Assembly (NCBI GenBank): GCA_964391975.1
Contig: CAYMNZ010000001.1
Location: forward strand, 198,978 to 262,977
DNA: 64,000 nt
Direction of reading: 5' to 3'
DNA from: an uncultured Candidatus Saccharibacteria bacterium
GTDB lineage: Bacteria > Patescibacteriota > Minisyncoccia > Phycocordibacterales > Phycocordibacteraceae
This document shows, piece by piece, positions 9,792 to 20,057 of this stretch; the first letter of the stretch is position 1; each line of letters opens with the position of its first letter. Below the pieces are notes generated by a model. It worked only from the letters and a program-made list of their open reading frames with translations. It was not told the origin of the DNA and did no database searches. The position numbers were made by a program, and so were the translations under genes.

Positions 9792-10154
9792 ATGAACAAA
9801 CTCGCTTACATTGGTGCTGCCGCCTTGCTGCTCACTCCGCTTGCAACCTTTGCGGCCGTGACCAGCATCTACGACCTCGGCGCCCTCGTCCTCACCGTCA
9901 TCAACGACATTCTCGTACCGGTGGTGTTTGCTATCGCCTTTATCGTCTTTATTTGGGGCGTGTTCCGTTACTTCATCGCTGGCAAGCAGGATGAGGAGAG
10001 CCGTGAGAAGGGTAAGTCCCTCATGCTCTGGGGCCTCATTGGCTTCTTCGTGATGGTCTCGGTTTGGGGCCTCGTGAACATCCTTGTGGGCACCTTGGAC
10101 CTCAACACCAACGTTCCGAACTTCCCGGACACTCCAATCCCAACGCGCCGCTAG
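9792..10154 (+). CDS. VirB2/TrbC-like pilin (possible major subunit)
   Basis: Signal peptide; FIWGVFRYFIAGKQDEESREKGKSLMLWGLIG...VWGLV; own TTGACT promoter-like element and strong downstream hairpin. Confidence 0.8.
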   Translation: MNKLAYIGAAALLLTPLATFAAVTSIYDLGALVLTVINDILVPVVFAIAFIVFIWGVFRYFIAGKQDEESREKGKSLMLWGLIGFFVMVSVWGLVNILVGTLDLNTNVPNFPDTPIPTRR

Positions 10155-10170
10155 TAGGCGTTCTCCACTC

Positions 10171-10198
10171 AAGAAACCCCGCGCGAGCGGGGTTTCTT
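10171..10198 (+). terminator. intrinsic terminator hairpin
   Basis: AAGAAACCCCGC-GCGA-GCGGGGTTTCTT perfect 12-bp stem. Confidence 0.75.
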
Positions 10199-10212
10199 GC
10201 TACTATAGGCCT

Positions 10213-10476
10213 ATGCAATTGAGTGGTGTCTTCTGCGGCTTCATCGACCCGGCTATTCATGTCGTGTTGATTCCGGCAATCTTCACCATGTCCTTCATCG
10301 CGTTTTTATGGGCGGTTTTCTACTACGCTATTGCGGGTGAGTATGATGAGTTTGCTCGTGAGATGGCCAAAGGTCTCATGCTCTGGAGCATTATGGCCTT
10401 CTTTGTGATGGCGGCGCTCTGGGGCGTAATTGAGGTCATCTACGGTTGGCTCGGCATCAGCAGTGCTATGTGCTAA
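10213..10476 (+). CDS. VirB2/TrbC-like pilin
   Basis: FLWAVFYYAIAGEYDEFAREMAKGLMLWS...LWGVI; TGCTACTAT 6 nt before ATG 10213. Confidence 0.7.
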   Translation: MQLSGVFCGFIDPAIHVVLIPAIFTMSFIAFLWAVFYYAIAGEYDEFAREMAKGLMLWSIMAFFVMAALWGVIEVIYGWLGISSAMC

Positions 10477-10492
10477 TGCTATACTTTTCTCT

Positions 10493-10765
10493 ATGAACCC
10501 TCCTGATCCATTGCCAAGCGACGGTACTAACTTCTTCAAAAATCTTGAAGTCGCTATTATTGACCCGCTCATTACGCTTCTCGCCCTTGCGGCCTTTGTG
10601 GTCTTTGTGTGGGGTGTCGTTGAGTTCATCCGCGGAGCGGACAACCAGGAGGCACGCAGCAAGGGCCAGAAGCACATTATCTGGGGCTTGATTGGACTCA
10701 CTATTATCTTTGGTGCTCGCGCTATCTTGGCGCTCATCAACACCACAGTCTCGGGGTTTAACTAG
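10493..10765 (+). CDS. VirB2/TrbC-like pilin
   Basis: FVWGVVEFIRGADNQEARSKGQKHIIWGLIG; TGCTATACT 7 nt before ATG 10493. Confidence 0.75.
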   Translation: MNPPDPLPSDGTNFFKNLEVAIIDPLITLLALAAFVVFVWGVVEFIRGADNQEARSKGQKHIIWGLIGLTIIFGARAILALINTTVSGFN

Positions 10766-10847
10766 TGCTGGGAAGAGGACTCGAACCTCCATGCCTTTCG
10801 GCGCCACGTCCTAAGCGTGGTGCGTATACCAATTCCGCCATCCCAGC
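10766..10847 (-). tRNA. tRNA-Leu(TAG)
   Basis: GCTGGGATGGCGGAATTGGTATACG...CCACG-CTTAGGA-CGTGG, long variable arm, GGTTCGAGTCC. Confidence 0.95.
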
Positions 10848-10893
10848 GTTTTTATAGAGTACACGTTCTCTCGCATTTTGTCCGCACCGCTTC

Positions 10894-10969
10894 TGGTGCG
10901 CCCACCAGGGCTCGAACCTGGGACCTTATCCTTAAGAGGGATCTGCTCTACCAACTGAGCTATGGGCGC
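10894..10969 (-). tRNA. tRNA-Lys(CTT)
   Basis: GCGCCCATAGCTCAGTTGGTAGAGC, anticodon loop CTCTTAA, GGTTCGAGCCC, encoded CCA. Confidence 0.93.
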
Positions 10970-11018
10970 GCTGGTCTGAATACTATCGGACTTGTGCAAA
11001 TTCTTCAACCACTTTGTG

Positions 11019-11102
11019 TGCCGAGGGTGGGACTCGAACCCACACGACATTACTGCCTGGGGATTTTAAGACCCCTATGTCTACCAATTCCATCACCTCG
11101 GC
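11019..11102 (-). tRNA. tRNA-Leu(TAA)
   Basis: GCCGAGGTGATGGAATTGGTAGACA, loop CTTAAAA, long variable arm, GGTTCGAGTCC. Confidence 0.93.
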
Positions 11103-11156
11103 GTGGAGGCACTATAGCAGATTTGGCCTTTCCATCCTTCATGAGAAGATATCGGG

Positions 11157-13277
11157 ATGGATGGTCTCCAAGCACGTGGTATCGAATTGCCGGAAGTACC
11201 GGAGGGATTCGAGCGCCGCAATGGCGTGCTTGTGCCGATTGAGAAACCCAAGGAGGAGGGAATTGTAGGTGCTTCCCCTGATGACGTACAGAGAGTAGAA
11301 AGATTCAAAACGGACACAGGTAAGGAGGCGAGGCGTGAGTGGGAAGAAAGGATTGGGTTGCCAGTCAACGTGTTTAAATCCCCAGACTCCGCACTGGTAA
11401 GCGACAAGCTCTTTGCGGCCATCTGCAGGAAGGCGAATCTCAAGTGGCATGCTAGTTTCGCCGCAAACCTCACCCAACAGGTGCTGGAGGTGCGCAAGCA
11501 TCCCTACGAGGTATTCTCGGGTCTTCCAGTAGAGCTTGAGCGTGCGGAGGCGCGCGCTTTCTTCGCTGCCGCCTCCGACCTCTATCGTTCGTATGCGCCC
11601 GAGTTCGCACAAAGCCAAGTCGCTCGCACCTCTTTCTTTACGCCTCTGTTCTTCTTCACAAAGCTGGGCTCCATACCGGAGGAGGCAGATAATCTCTGGA
11701 GCCCCCACCTTATCGAGTTTGCCGTTGAGCAGCTACCAGCCCTTCCAACGAGCGAGCCGTCATACGCCATTGCGAAAGGACTGCTCAAGATGAACCTCGA
11801 GCGGTTAGGAAAAGAAGAGATACAGTCCGTACTGGGCACACTCGCACGGAATCAGGACCTCCATACCGATCTAGCGTTGCTTATAGCTGAGCGTACCAAA
11901 AAGGATTTCAAGGAACTTATTCCGGGCTATACAGCTCCTGACGAGGGGATGTGGGAACTTGCTCCCGAAGAGCTCGTCGCCAATGCCGCGACCTACGCGA
12001 AGCATGCGTCGACTGAAGGGCTTGGTACTTTTAAGCAAGCTTCGAAAGTTGGGTATGAGTTTGAGTTCCTCCAAGACGGAGACAACGATACACTCAGCAC
12101 TCGAATCGCCACGGAACTGAAAGGACTCTCCGTGGTCGACCTCCGCAATGTGCATGCTGACGGCAGCGTGACAGAGATGAAGACGGGCGAAAGGGGGGTG
12201 CCGTTCACTCGCACTCAAGCAATCGAGCTGCTCAAGCTCGGGCAGGTGCTTGAGCGTAACCAGCACGCGGTAGCGCTGGCTTCGATACACATAAACCTGG
12301 ATTACTTACATAAAAGGGCCAGTGCGTTCGATTTCGCAAACTACTACTACGATGAGAGATGTGAATTCAAGGGCACTCGCACGCCAATTGCACGACTCGA
12401 TACGCCGTATCTGAACGAAATGTCGATTCTGCTTGATGAGACTGCGGTGCTTGGAGGTCTCTATGATGTGCTGAGTAAGGACGACCTGCGTGAATTCGTG
12501 CGACGCAAGACGGCAGGAATGCCGCTCTCAGAAATCCTCTCGCCCGCGTTTGGACCGCATGAACTGGAATGCGAGTACCTTATTGGCGCCTGCCAGGACT
12601 CCAATCAGTTCCATCTAGTTCCGGCTGTACTGCGCCTGTACGCACAGAATGCTGTACCTCGAACGCTTATGGCCCAAGAGATGCTGTTTGCGGTAGAAGA
12701 CTCGAGAGAGACTGCCTCTGTGCCTTGGGGTCCGCACCTTATCCAGTATTTCGTTCGGGATATGGGTGGAGAAGTGGGGCAGCTGTCTATCGCTAAAGCA
12801 CTCGATTCGATACCTGCTGAAGCGTTCTTCGCTATCACCCGCATCATGCATAGGCAAATGAATAAGGCATTTCTCTTAATACTCGTTGATAAAATGCCGT
12901 CGTGTACCTTCGCGCAGGCGGTGAGCACACTTCAAAATCCGTATATCGATAGCAGCGTCAGGAAGGCCCTCATTGAGAAACTGGAGCCCATTTCCTTTAC
13001 GCCTGAGGTTCGATTGTTCTTGTCGGGTAAGAGCAAGTCCGGCGATTCAATCGAAAAAAATGTACGAGTAGCTCTAGCGCAAAAGATTCAGAACCTTACG
13101 TTTGCGGAGGCAAAGGAATATCTTACGGATGCGCAGAATAATTCCCCATTGGTGCAGACGGCTGTGGCCGAACAGATTATTGACGCCGCGGGAAACCAAG
13201 AAGTCAGGGAGGTCGTCGAGGGGGGTGCGGATGTGTACGCCTCGGTCGCTGATGTACTCGAGCGAAAACTCGGTTGA
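11157..13277 (+). CDS. 706-aa orphan with putative amidoligase (COOH-NH2 ligase)-like core and C-terminal helical repeats
   Basis: VGYEFEF, DGSVTEM, SIHINL, CEFK in order; repeated xVRxALxxK(I/L) helices; function inferred only. Confidence 0.6.
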   Translation: MDGLQARGIELPEVPEGFERRNGVLVPIEKPKEEGIVGASPDDVQRVERFKTDTGKEARREWEERIGLPVNVFKSPDSALVSDKLFAAICRKANLKWHASFAANLTQQVLEVRKHPYEVFSGLPVELERAEARAFFAAASDLYRSYAPEFAQSQVARTSFFTPLFFFTKLGSIPEEADNLWSPHLIEFAVEQLPALPTSEPSYAIAKGLLKMNLERLGKEEIQSVLGTLARNQDLHTDLALLIAERTKKDFKELIPGYTAPDEGMWELAPEELVANAATYAKHASTEGLGTFKQASKVGYEFEFLQDGDNDTLSTRIATELKGLSVVDLRNVHADGSVTEMKTGERGVPFTRTQAIELLKLGQVLERNQHAVALASIHINLDYLHKRASAFDFANYYYDERCEFKGTRTPIARLDTPYLNEMSILLDETAVLGGLYDVLSKDDLREFVRRKTAGMPLSEILSPAFGPHELECEYLIGACQDSNQFHLVPAVLRLYAQNAVPRTLMAQEMLFAVEDSRETASVPWGPHLIQYFVRDMGGEVGQLSIAKALDSIPAEAFFAITRIMHRQMNKAFLLILVDKMPSCTFAQAVSTLQNPYIDSSVRKALIEKLEPISFTPEVRLFLSGKSKSGDSIEKNVRVALAQKIQNLTFAEAKEYLTDAQNNSPLVQTAVAEQIIDAAGNQEVREVVEGGADVYASVADVLERKLG

Positions 13278-13348
13278 GGCCCGGGCGGGAATCGAACCCG
13301 CGCATCGCGGGTTTGCAATCCGCAGCGTTACCACTTCGCCACCGGGCC
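13277..13348 (-). tRNA. tRNA-Cys(GCA)
   Basis: GGCCCGGTGGCGAAGTGGTAACG, loop TTGCAAA, GGTTCGATTCC, U discriminator. Confidence 0.95.
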
Positions 13349-13385
13349 GGTGTTTTGGGATGATAGCGTGCTTCTAGCCAGGAGG

Positions 13386-13709
13386 CTAGATGCCCTTCGA
13401 AATCTCGTCTAAGTGCTGGCGATGCTCTTCACCACTATCGAATTCAAAGGTAACGCGAGGGAGCATGTTGAAGCGTGCTTCCTTTTTGAGGTAGTCGCGG
13501 AAGAGATCCTTGTGTCGGTTAAGGAAGGCAACAGCGTGCGTGCGTTGTGAATCCGGAAAGACAGAAACGTAGATAGTCGCGTTTTTGTGGTCGCGTGCGA
13601 GGTCTGCGCGCGTTGGGGTAATGAGTGTGTCGCGGCCTGCTTCGCGTGCAATATAGGCAGCTGCAAACTGAATTAAGAGGGAAGCGAACTTTTCGTCACG
13701 GATGTTCAT
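13386..13709 (-). CDS. rbfA: ribosome-binding factor A
   Basis: LITPTRADLARDHKNATIYVSVFP, PRVTFEFD; directly downstream of infB. Confidence 0.88.
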   Translation of the reverse strand: MNIRDEKFASLLIQFAAAYIAREAGRDTLITPTRADLARDHKNATIYVSVFPDSQRTHAVAFLNRHKDLFRDYLKKEARFNMLPRVTFEFDSGEEHRQHLDEISKGI

Positions 13710-15181
13710 GACTCAACAATTCTAAAGCCAATCAAGATATCGCCTGGAGCTGCCTCAGCACGTGCCTCAATTTGGAGACCGAACTCCCCTTCGGTGCGAA
13801 GCTCCTTCACATCTGCACGTGCCTGCTGGAGGTTCAAAATCTTTCCACGGCCAAGCTCGATGTCTCGACGTACGACCTTTACGAGGGTGCCTACGGAGAG
13901 GGAGCCCTCCTTGAGGTTTGCACCGAGCACCTGCTTCACGCCGCTGGTGCTGAAGACCTTGAGAACCTTTGCCTCGCCAAGGATTTCTTCCTTAGAAATC
14001 TTAGGTGCGCGCTCGATAAGAATGTCGTTCACGCGCTTGCCGAGGTCGTAGATGATATCGAAGGTCTCGATGGGGACGCCCTGGCGCTCGCCGAGGTCGC
14101 GGGCTGCTGCGTCGGTCGGGACATGGAAGGCAATCACGATGCCGCCTCCAGCAAATGCGGTCTTCACATCGCCTTCGCCCACCGCTCCAACACCTGAGGA
14201 GATGATGCGGAGCGTCGCGCTCTCGTGCGTAATCTTGTTGAGCTCGTGCTTAATCGCTTCGAGGCTTCCGGTGACGTCAGTCTTTACGATAAGCGGCAGG
14301 ACAAGCTTGCCGTCCTCGGTCTCAGCAACCTTCTGCATAACGGTGCGTACAGGCTCCGTTGCTACTTTCTCAGCTTCCTTCTTGGTCTTTACTGAGATGA
14401 ACGGGGTGCCTGCAGGAGGGAGCTCGCTCCAGCCAGAGATGGAGACGGGCTGCGAGGGACCAGCTTCCTTGATACGGCTACCTGCGAAGTTCTCAATGAA
14501 GCGCACAGGTGCGACTGCTGCGCCTGCTACGACAAAGCTTCCCGTTGGAAGTGTTCCGTTCTTAAGTATCAAAGTGGCAGTAAGTCCCTGCTTGGGGTCC
14601 TGGGTAGATTCGAGGACGAAACCAGACGCTGGGAGTGTTGCGTCGGCGGTAAGCTCTGCGAGGTCTGCGGTCAGGAGCACGAGGTCGAGAAGTTCATCGA
14701 CTCCCTGGCCAGACTTCGAGGAGACCGGAGCGTAGGGAATGGAACCGCCGAGTCCCTCGAGGTAGATGCCGTTTTCAATAACCGAGTTCTTTACGCGGTC
14801 GATGTCAGCACCGTTCTTATCAATCTTGGTGAAGGCAACGACGAAGGGAACGTTTGCTTCCACAATGGCGTCATACGCTTCCTTGGTCTGGGGCTTCACG
14901 CCCTCGTCTGCGGCGATGACCAAGATGGCAACATCGGCAGCTTGCGCCCCGCGAGCCCTGAGTGCCCGGAAGGCTTCGTGGCCTGGGGTGTCGAGGAAGG
15001 TGATGGTGCGCTTCTTTCCTTCGTGTTCATGCTCCGCCTCATAGGCTGAGACGTGCTGGGTGATGCCACCGGCCTCTCCTGCCGTCACATTGGACTTACG
15101 GATGTAGTCGAGAAGCGAAGACTTCCCGTGGTCGATGTGGCCCATGACGGCGACGATAGGGGGGCGAGGAGTTAGTGCCAT
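13706..15181 (-). CDS. infB: translation initiation factor IF-2 (short form, no N-terminal domain)
   Basis: [37 protein letters not shown]; ATG at 15181. Confidence 0.96.
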   Translation of the reverse strand: MALTPRPPIVAVMGHIDHGKSSLLDYIRKSNVTAGEAGGITQHVSAYEAEHEHEGKKRTITFLDTPGHEAFRALRARGAQAADVAILVIAADEGVKPQTKEAYDAIVEANVPFVVAFTKIDKNGADIDRVKNSVIENGIYLEGLGGSIPYAPVSSKSGQGVDELLDLVLLTADLAELTADATLPASGFVLESTQDPKQGLTATLILKNGTLPTGSFVVAGAAVAPVRFIENFAGSRIKEAGPSQPVSISGWSELPPAGTPFISVKTKKEAEKVATEPVRTVMQKVAETEDGKLVLPLIVKTDVTGSLEAIKHELNKITHESATLRIISSGVGAVGEGDVKTAFAGGGIVIAFHVPTDAAARDLGERQGVPIETFDIIYDLGKRVNDILIERAPKISKEEILGEAKVLKVFSTSGVKQVLGANLKEGSLSVGTLVKVVRRDIELGRGKILNLQQARADVKELRTEGEFGLQIEARAEAAPGDILIGFRIVES

Positions 15182-15240
15182 GATTGGCAGATTACACCAC
15201 AACGCTTCACTAAACTCAAACGAGGCCGTACTCTACTACC

Positions 15241-16371
15241 ATGAAGCGCATCTATCTCGACTGGGCGAGCGCCGCTCCAGTACACAAGGAAGCGAAGCGT
15301 GCGTACGAGCGCGCGGCCACAATATGGGGTAATCCCTCATCCCCACACGAGGAGGGGCGCACCGCGCACGAGGTACTGGAGGAGGCGAGGCGCACTATAG
15401 CGCGTATGGGGGGCGTGAAGGCGGATTCAGTTATCTTTACCTCCGGAGCTACCGAAGCCAACGGCATCGCGATACAGGGGCACGTGAAGGCATTGGGACG
15501 CGCGCCGAAGGACGTACACCTTTTATATGTGCCAAGCGGGCATTCTTCCACCGTAAAGGCTATGGAGGCGCTTAAGCGTGAGGGCTATGACGTCGAGCCG
15601 CTCGTGCTTACAGACGAGAAGCTAGATTTAGAAGCCATACAGTTACAGGTGAAGGACACCACCGCGCTTGTGGCCGTCGACCTCATCTGCGGAGAGACCG
15701 GAACGCGCTTTGATACCAGAGGACTCAAGCAGGCCATTGGTCCCGACGTTCTGTTGCTTGTTGATGCGAGCCAGGCACCGCTGGTGGAATCGTTTGAGCG
15801 CACACGTTTGGCCTGCGACTTGGTAACGCTCGACGCAGCAAAGGTGGGAGGAGTGCGAGGTGTTGGCGTACTGATTGCTCCTGCGCACGTGAAGCTCACC
15901 CCCGTTATTGAAGGAGGAGGGCAGGAGCGTGGCATACGCTCAGGCACACAGACACCCGCTTTGGCCGCAGCGTTTGCTGCTGCACTTTCTGAAGCTATGA
16001 AAGGAAGAGAGACATTCGTTCAACGCGCTCAGAGCATGCGCACTATGTTCCTCGAAGCGCTCTCCAAAGAGTTGCCAGAGGTGTGTGTAAACGGCGGACG
16101 AGAACCAGCTCCTCACATCATAAATCTTTCACTTCCTGGCATTGATACTGAATATCTCGCAGCGCTCTTGGACGCTGATGGCATTGCCGTTTCGACCAGA
16201 AGTGCCTGCGAGACAGACAGTGTTCAGTCCCGCGCTGTGTTTGCGCTTACCAAGGACGAAGAAAGGGCACGCTCAACGCTTCGGGTGTCCTTTGGCCCCT
16301 CGACCACCCCGAAGGAGCTTGAGATGCTGGCTTCTGCACTTGTTCGGAACGTTCGTTTCCTTAAGGGATAG
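15241..16371 (+). CDS. cysteine desulfurase (NifS/IscS family)
   Basis: IYLDWAS, GNPSSPH, FTSGATEAN, GGGQERGIRSGT, STRSAC. Confidence 0.9.
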   Translation: MKRIYLDWASAAPVHKEAKRAYERAATIWGNPSSPHEEGRTAHEVLEEARRTIARMGGVKADSVIFTSGATEANGIAIQGHVKALGRAPKDVHLLYVPSGHSSTVKAMEALKREGYDVEPLVLTDEKLDLEAIQLQVKDTTALVAVDLICGETGTRFDTRGLKQAIGPDVLLLVDASQAPLVESFERTRLACDLVTLDAAKVGGVRGVGVLIAPAHVKLTPVIEGGGQERGIRSGTQTPALAAAFAAALSEAMKGRETFVQRAQSMRTMFLEALSKELPEVCVNGGREPAPHIINLSLPGIDTEYLAALLDADGIAVSTRSACETDSVQSRAVFALTKDEERARSTLRVSFGPSTTPKELEMLASALVRNVRFLKG

Positions 16372-16413
16372 TCCCAGGTGCAGGTTCTGGGAGCCCGGAG
16401 TATACTGGAGCCA

Positions 16414-17151
16414 ATGAACATTGAAGACCTGACGAAATCCCAGCTCCTGCTTCTGACGGTGCTCGTGAACTTCGTGACAGCAATTGCCACTGCGGTGCTT
16501 ACGGTCTCGCTTTTGGCGGAGACTCCCACGACGGTTACGCAGACGGTGAACCGCATCGTCGACCACACCATTGAGACGGTGACCATGCAGGTACCAGCAG
16601 GAGGTACAAAGGACACGGGAGGTTCTCGCGACGAAGAACTTCTCACCAGCGCTGTTGCGTCAAACGTAGCGCGCACAGTGAAAATTTCTCGCGACAGCAA
16701 GGGTGAGGTAATCGCAACTGGTGTCTACCTTCCAAAGAGCCGTGCGATTGCAACCTCACGTGTGGTTGCGCTCCCAAGAGAAATCTTTGTGACGTTTGCT
16801 GATGGAAGTTCTGCAGAGGCCTCACTCTCAAATAACAGCGACACCATCGGCATTTTCGGCTTCTCCGATACGGCCATACTCCCGAATGCACCAGCCGCTG
16901 AACCGATTGCAAGTACTGAACTTAAGCTTGGTCAGACGGTCATCGCCCTTGCTGAAGGAGGTAACGTGGTCACCGGCATTATCTCTAAGGTTGATGCCGA
17001 TGGGGTGACCACCACCCTCCCATTGATTCCAGCGGGCGCGGGGGTCGTGAGTCTTGCGGGTAATGTCGTAGGAATTGGAAGCGGAAGCCCAGGGCTGCTC
17101 ATTGGCGCTGACGGCATCATGACGCTTCTCTCCGCTCCTCCCGATTCGTAA
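16414..17151 (+). CDS. membrane-anchored trypsin/HtrA-like protein, catalytically degenerate
   Basis: N-terminal TM; LKLGQTVIAL...VTGIIS...GNVVGI scaffold but no TNxH or GNSGG. Confidence 0.65.
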   Translation: MNIEDLTKSQLLLLTVLVNFVTAIATAVLTVSLLAETPTTVTQTVNRIVDHTIETVTMQVPAGGTKDTGGSRDEELLTSAVASNVARTVKISRDSKGEVIATGVYLPKSRAIATSRVVALPREIFVTFADGSSAEASLSNNSDTIGIFGFSDTAILPNAPAAEPIASTELKLGQTVIALAEGGNVVTGIISKVDADGVTTTLPLIPAGAGVVSLAGNVVGIGSGSPGLLIGADGIMTLLSAPPDS

Positions 17152-17182
17152 TCATTTCTGGTAGAATAACGTCAGAGATCCT

Positions 17183-19852
17183 ATGCCTCCCTTCAAAAAC
17201 TTCACCACGAAAGCCAAAGAAGCGATACGCAAGGCTCACGAGCTGGCAATTGAACGCGGTCAAAACCACGTCTCTCCACTGCACCTCCTTACCGCTCTCA
17301 TCCACCAGGAAGAGAGCCTAGTTCTTTCTGTGCTCGACCGCCTGGACATCGACACGATGCTCCTCTCAGACACTCTTCTTGAGACCCTTGAGTCTCCGGA
17401 AGTCTCTGCCACGCTCTCGCCTTCCTATCAGCTCTACCTGACTCCCGACCTCGCTTCAGCTCTTGAAGCTTCAGGAAAGGCAGCGGCTCGTTTGAATGAT
17501 CCATTCGTCGGGACCGAACACCTCTTTGTCGCGGTGCTTGAGAACCCGGGACCTGCAGGAGATGTTGTTGCGCGTTTCAAGATTGAACCGGAGACCGTGC
17601 TTGCCGTACTAAAGGAGCTTAAGAATGCAAAGGACGGACAGATTGCAGAGCCTAAGAAGTTTCGTACGCTTGCTAAGTACACGCGTAACCTCACGCGCCT
17701 CGCGTCAGAGAACGCGCTTGACCCAGTCATTGGTCGCGATCAGGAGATTCACCGCGTGATTCAGATTCTTTCGCGCCGCACAAAGAACAATCCAGTGCTT
17801 ATCGGAGAGGCAGGTGTCGGAAAGACTGCCATTGCTGAAGGACTTGCTGCACGCATTGCTGTCGGAGATGTGCCGGAGTCGCTTAAGAACAAGGAGCTTC
17901 TTTCACTTGACCTTGGGCTCATGATTGCTGGCACTAAGTACCGCGGCGAGTTCGAGGAGCGCATGAAGAACGTGATGAAGGAAGTGGAGCGCGCAGAAGG
18001 GAAGGTACTGCTTTTCATAGATGAGCTCCACACCCTCGTTGGAGCGGGAGCTGCTGAAGGAGCCATGGACGCAAGCAACATGCTGAAGCCTGCACTCGGT
18101 CGTGGAGAGATTCGCATCATTGGTGCCACTACCCTTAAGGAATACCAGCAGCACATCGAGAAAGACGGAGCGCTTACTCGCCGCTTCCAGCCAGTGTATG
18201 TGAACGAGCCGTCGGTCGAGGATGCTATCGCGATTCTCCGTGGACTTCGCGACAAGTACGAGCTCTACCACGGTGTCAGGATTACTGACGGCGCGCTCGT
18301 TTCCGCTGTTGAACTTTCCTCCCGTTACATCGCTGACCGCTTCCTTCCAGACAAGGCCATCGACCTCATCGACGAGGCTGCTTCAGGACTGCGCATTGCG
18401 CTTGAGAACAAGCCGCCGCTGTTGGAGGAAACTGACCGCCGCATCCGCCGCCTCAACATCGAGCGCGAGGCTATGAAGAAGGACGAGGGAAGTGCAGACG
18501 GCAAGCAGATCAAAGAGCGCATCAAGGAAATTGACCGCGAGATTGCGGACCTCAAGGAGAAGACGGAGGAGCTTGAACTGAAGTGGAAGAACGAGAAGGA
18601 AGTGCTTGAGGCAATTAAGACCATGAAGAAGGAGCTTGAGAAGCTTCGCGTGCAGGCTGATAACGCAGAAGCGATTGCTGACCTCGGCACCACCGCCGAA
18701 ATCCGCTACGGCAAAGTTCCGATGATTCAGAAGGAGCTTGAGGTGAAGATGAAGCGCCTTAAGACGCTTCAGAAGTCTCGCCGTGTGCTCCACGAAGAAG
18801 TAACTGAGCACGAGATTGCTTCCGTCGTTTCGCGTTGGACGGGCATTCCAGTTTCAAAGATGCTCGAGGAAGAGGCTGCCAAGCTCGCTCGTATGGAAGA
18901 GGAGCTCACTGGAGCCGTTATCGGGCAGGATAGGGCAGTGACCGCCATCTCAGACGCGGTGAAGCGCTCTCGCGTTGGTATCTCGGACCCGAACCGCCCA
19001 ATCGGCTCGTTCATGTTCCTTGGTCCTACCGGTGTAGGTAAGACAGAGCTCTCCCGCCGCCTGGCTGATTTTATGTTTAACGATACCGATGCGTTGGTGC
19101 GTGTCGATATGTCTGAGTTCATGGAGAAGCATTCGGTGGCAAAACTTATCGGTGCGCCTCCGGGCTATGTGGGGTATGAGGAGGCGGGGTCTTTGACTGA
19201 GCGCATTCGCCATCGCCCGTATGCAGTGGTGCTCTTTGATGAGATTGAGAAGGCGCACCCTGAGGTATTTAACATTCTGCTTCAGGTACTTGATTCCGGA
19301 CACCTCACTGACGGTAAGGGTCGTAAGGTGAACTTCAAGAACACCATCATTATTCTTACGAGTAACGTAGGCGCTGAGTTTATCGACCGCCTTGCAGGCA
19401 TTGGCTTCTCTGATAACGCTAACGAAAGCATCGAGCACGACAAGCTCAAGGATAAGCTTATGGGGGCTCTCAAGGACCACTTCCGCCCTGAGTTCCTCAA
19501 TCGTCTTGATGACATTATCGTCTTCGATGTGCTCGCGAAGGAGTCGCTCATCAAAATTGTCGACAACCAGGTAGAGGAGGTCACGAAGCGCTTGACCGCA
19601 AAGCGCATTAGCCTCGACCTCGCGCCTGAGGTGAAGCTCTGGCTTGCAGAGAAGGGCTACAGCCCACAGTACGGAGCACGCCCGCTTAAGCGGGTAATCC
19701 AGGACAAGATTTTGACTCCTATCGCCACCCTTATGGTCGGCCAGGGCATCATGGAAGGTGGTTCCGTAAAGGTGACCCTAAAGGCAGGGGAACCTTCCTT
19801 TGAGGTCCATAAGACCGCTCGCAGGGTTAAGAAAGCTGAGACGGTTGCCTAA
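17183..19852 (+). CDS. clpB: ATP-dependent chaperone ClpB
   Basis: Two AAA modules ([16 protein letters not shown]), long coiled-coil middle domain, GARPL. Confidence 0.95.
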   Translation: MPPFKNFTTKAKEAIRKAHELAIERGQNHVSPLHLLTALIHQEESLVLSVLDRLDIDTMLLSDTLLETLESPEVSATLSPSYQLYLTPDLASALEASGKAAARLNDPFVGTEHLFVAVLENPGPAGDVVARFKIEPETVLAVLKELKNAKDGQIAEPKKFRTLAKYTRNLTRLASENALDPVIGRDQEIHRVIQILSRRTKNNPVLIGEAGVGKTAIAEGLAARIAVGDVPESLKNKELLSLDLGLMIAGTKYRGEFEERMKNVMKEVERAEGKVLLFIDELHTLVGAGAAEGAMDASNMLKPALGRGEIRIIGATTLKEYQQHIEKDGALTRRFQPVYVNEPSVEDAIAILRGLRDKYELYHGVRITDGALVSAVELSSRYIADRFLPDKAIDLIDEAASGLRIALENKPPLLEETDRRIRRLNIEREAMKKDEGSADGKQIKERIKEIDREIADLKEKTEELELKWKNEKEVLEAIKTMKKELEKLRVQADNAEAIADLGTTAEIRYGKVPMIQKELEVKMKRLKTLQKSRRVLHEEVTEHEIASVVSRWTGIPVSKMLEEEAAKLARMEEELTGAVIGQDRAVTAISDAVKRSRVGISDPNRPIGSFMFLGPTGVGKTELSRRLADFMFNDTDALVRVDMSEFMEKHSVAKLIGAPPGYVGYEEAGSLTERIRHRPYAVVLFDEIEKAHPEVFNILLQVLDSGHLTDGKGRKVNFKNTIIILTSNVGAEFIDRLAGIGFSDNANESIEHDKLKDKLMGALKDHFRPEFLNRLDDIIVFDVLAKESLIKIVDNQVEEVTKRLTAKRISLDLAPEVKLWLAEKGYSPQYGARPLKRVIQDKILTPIATLMVGQGIMEGGSVKVTLKAGEPSFEVHKTARRVKKAETVA

Positions 19853-19879
19853 GTACGGCCCATCTGGTAGATTCAGCGG

Positions 19880-20035
19880 ATGTCCCAGGACCATCTCGTA
19901 AAAATCAAGTCGACCAAGTCCGACCACGTCCGCTTTACCCGGAAGAACAAGAAGAAGGTTGAGCGCAAGCTTGAACTTAAGAAGTACGACCCGAACACCA
20001 GGAAGCGCGAGGTCTACAAGGAGATCAAGAAATAA
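19880..20035 (+). CDS. rpmG: 50S ribosomal protein L33 (Cys-free type)
   Basis: Manual translation MSQDHLVKIKSTKSDHVRFTRKNKKKVERKLELKKYDPNTRKREVYKEIKK; below the ORF-track size cutoff. Confidence 0.93.
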   Translation: MSQDHLVKIKSTKSDHVRFTRKNKKKVERKLELKKYDPNTRKREVYKEIKK

Positions 20036-20056
20036 CCGCCCAGAAGGCGGTTTTTT
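20034..20056 (+). terminator. intrinsic terminator
   Basis: AACCGCC-CAGAA-GGCGGTT followed by a T run. Confidence 0.75.
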
Positions 20057-20057
20057 C

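Noticed and set aside
10811-11268. Short ORFs across the tRNA cluster
   Set aside because: They overlap well-formed tRNA genes.
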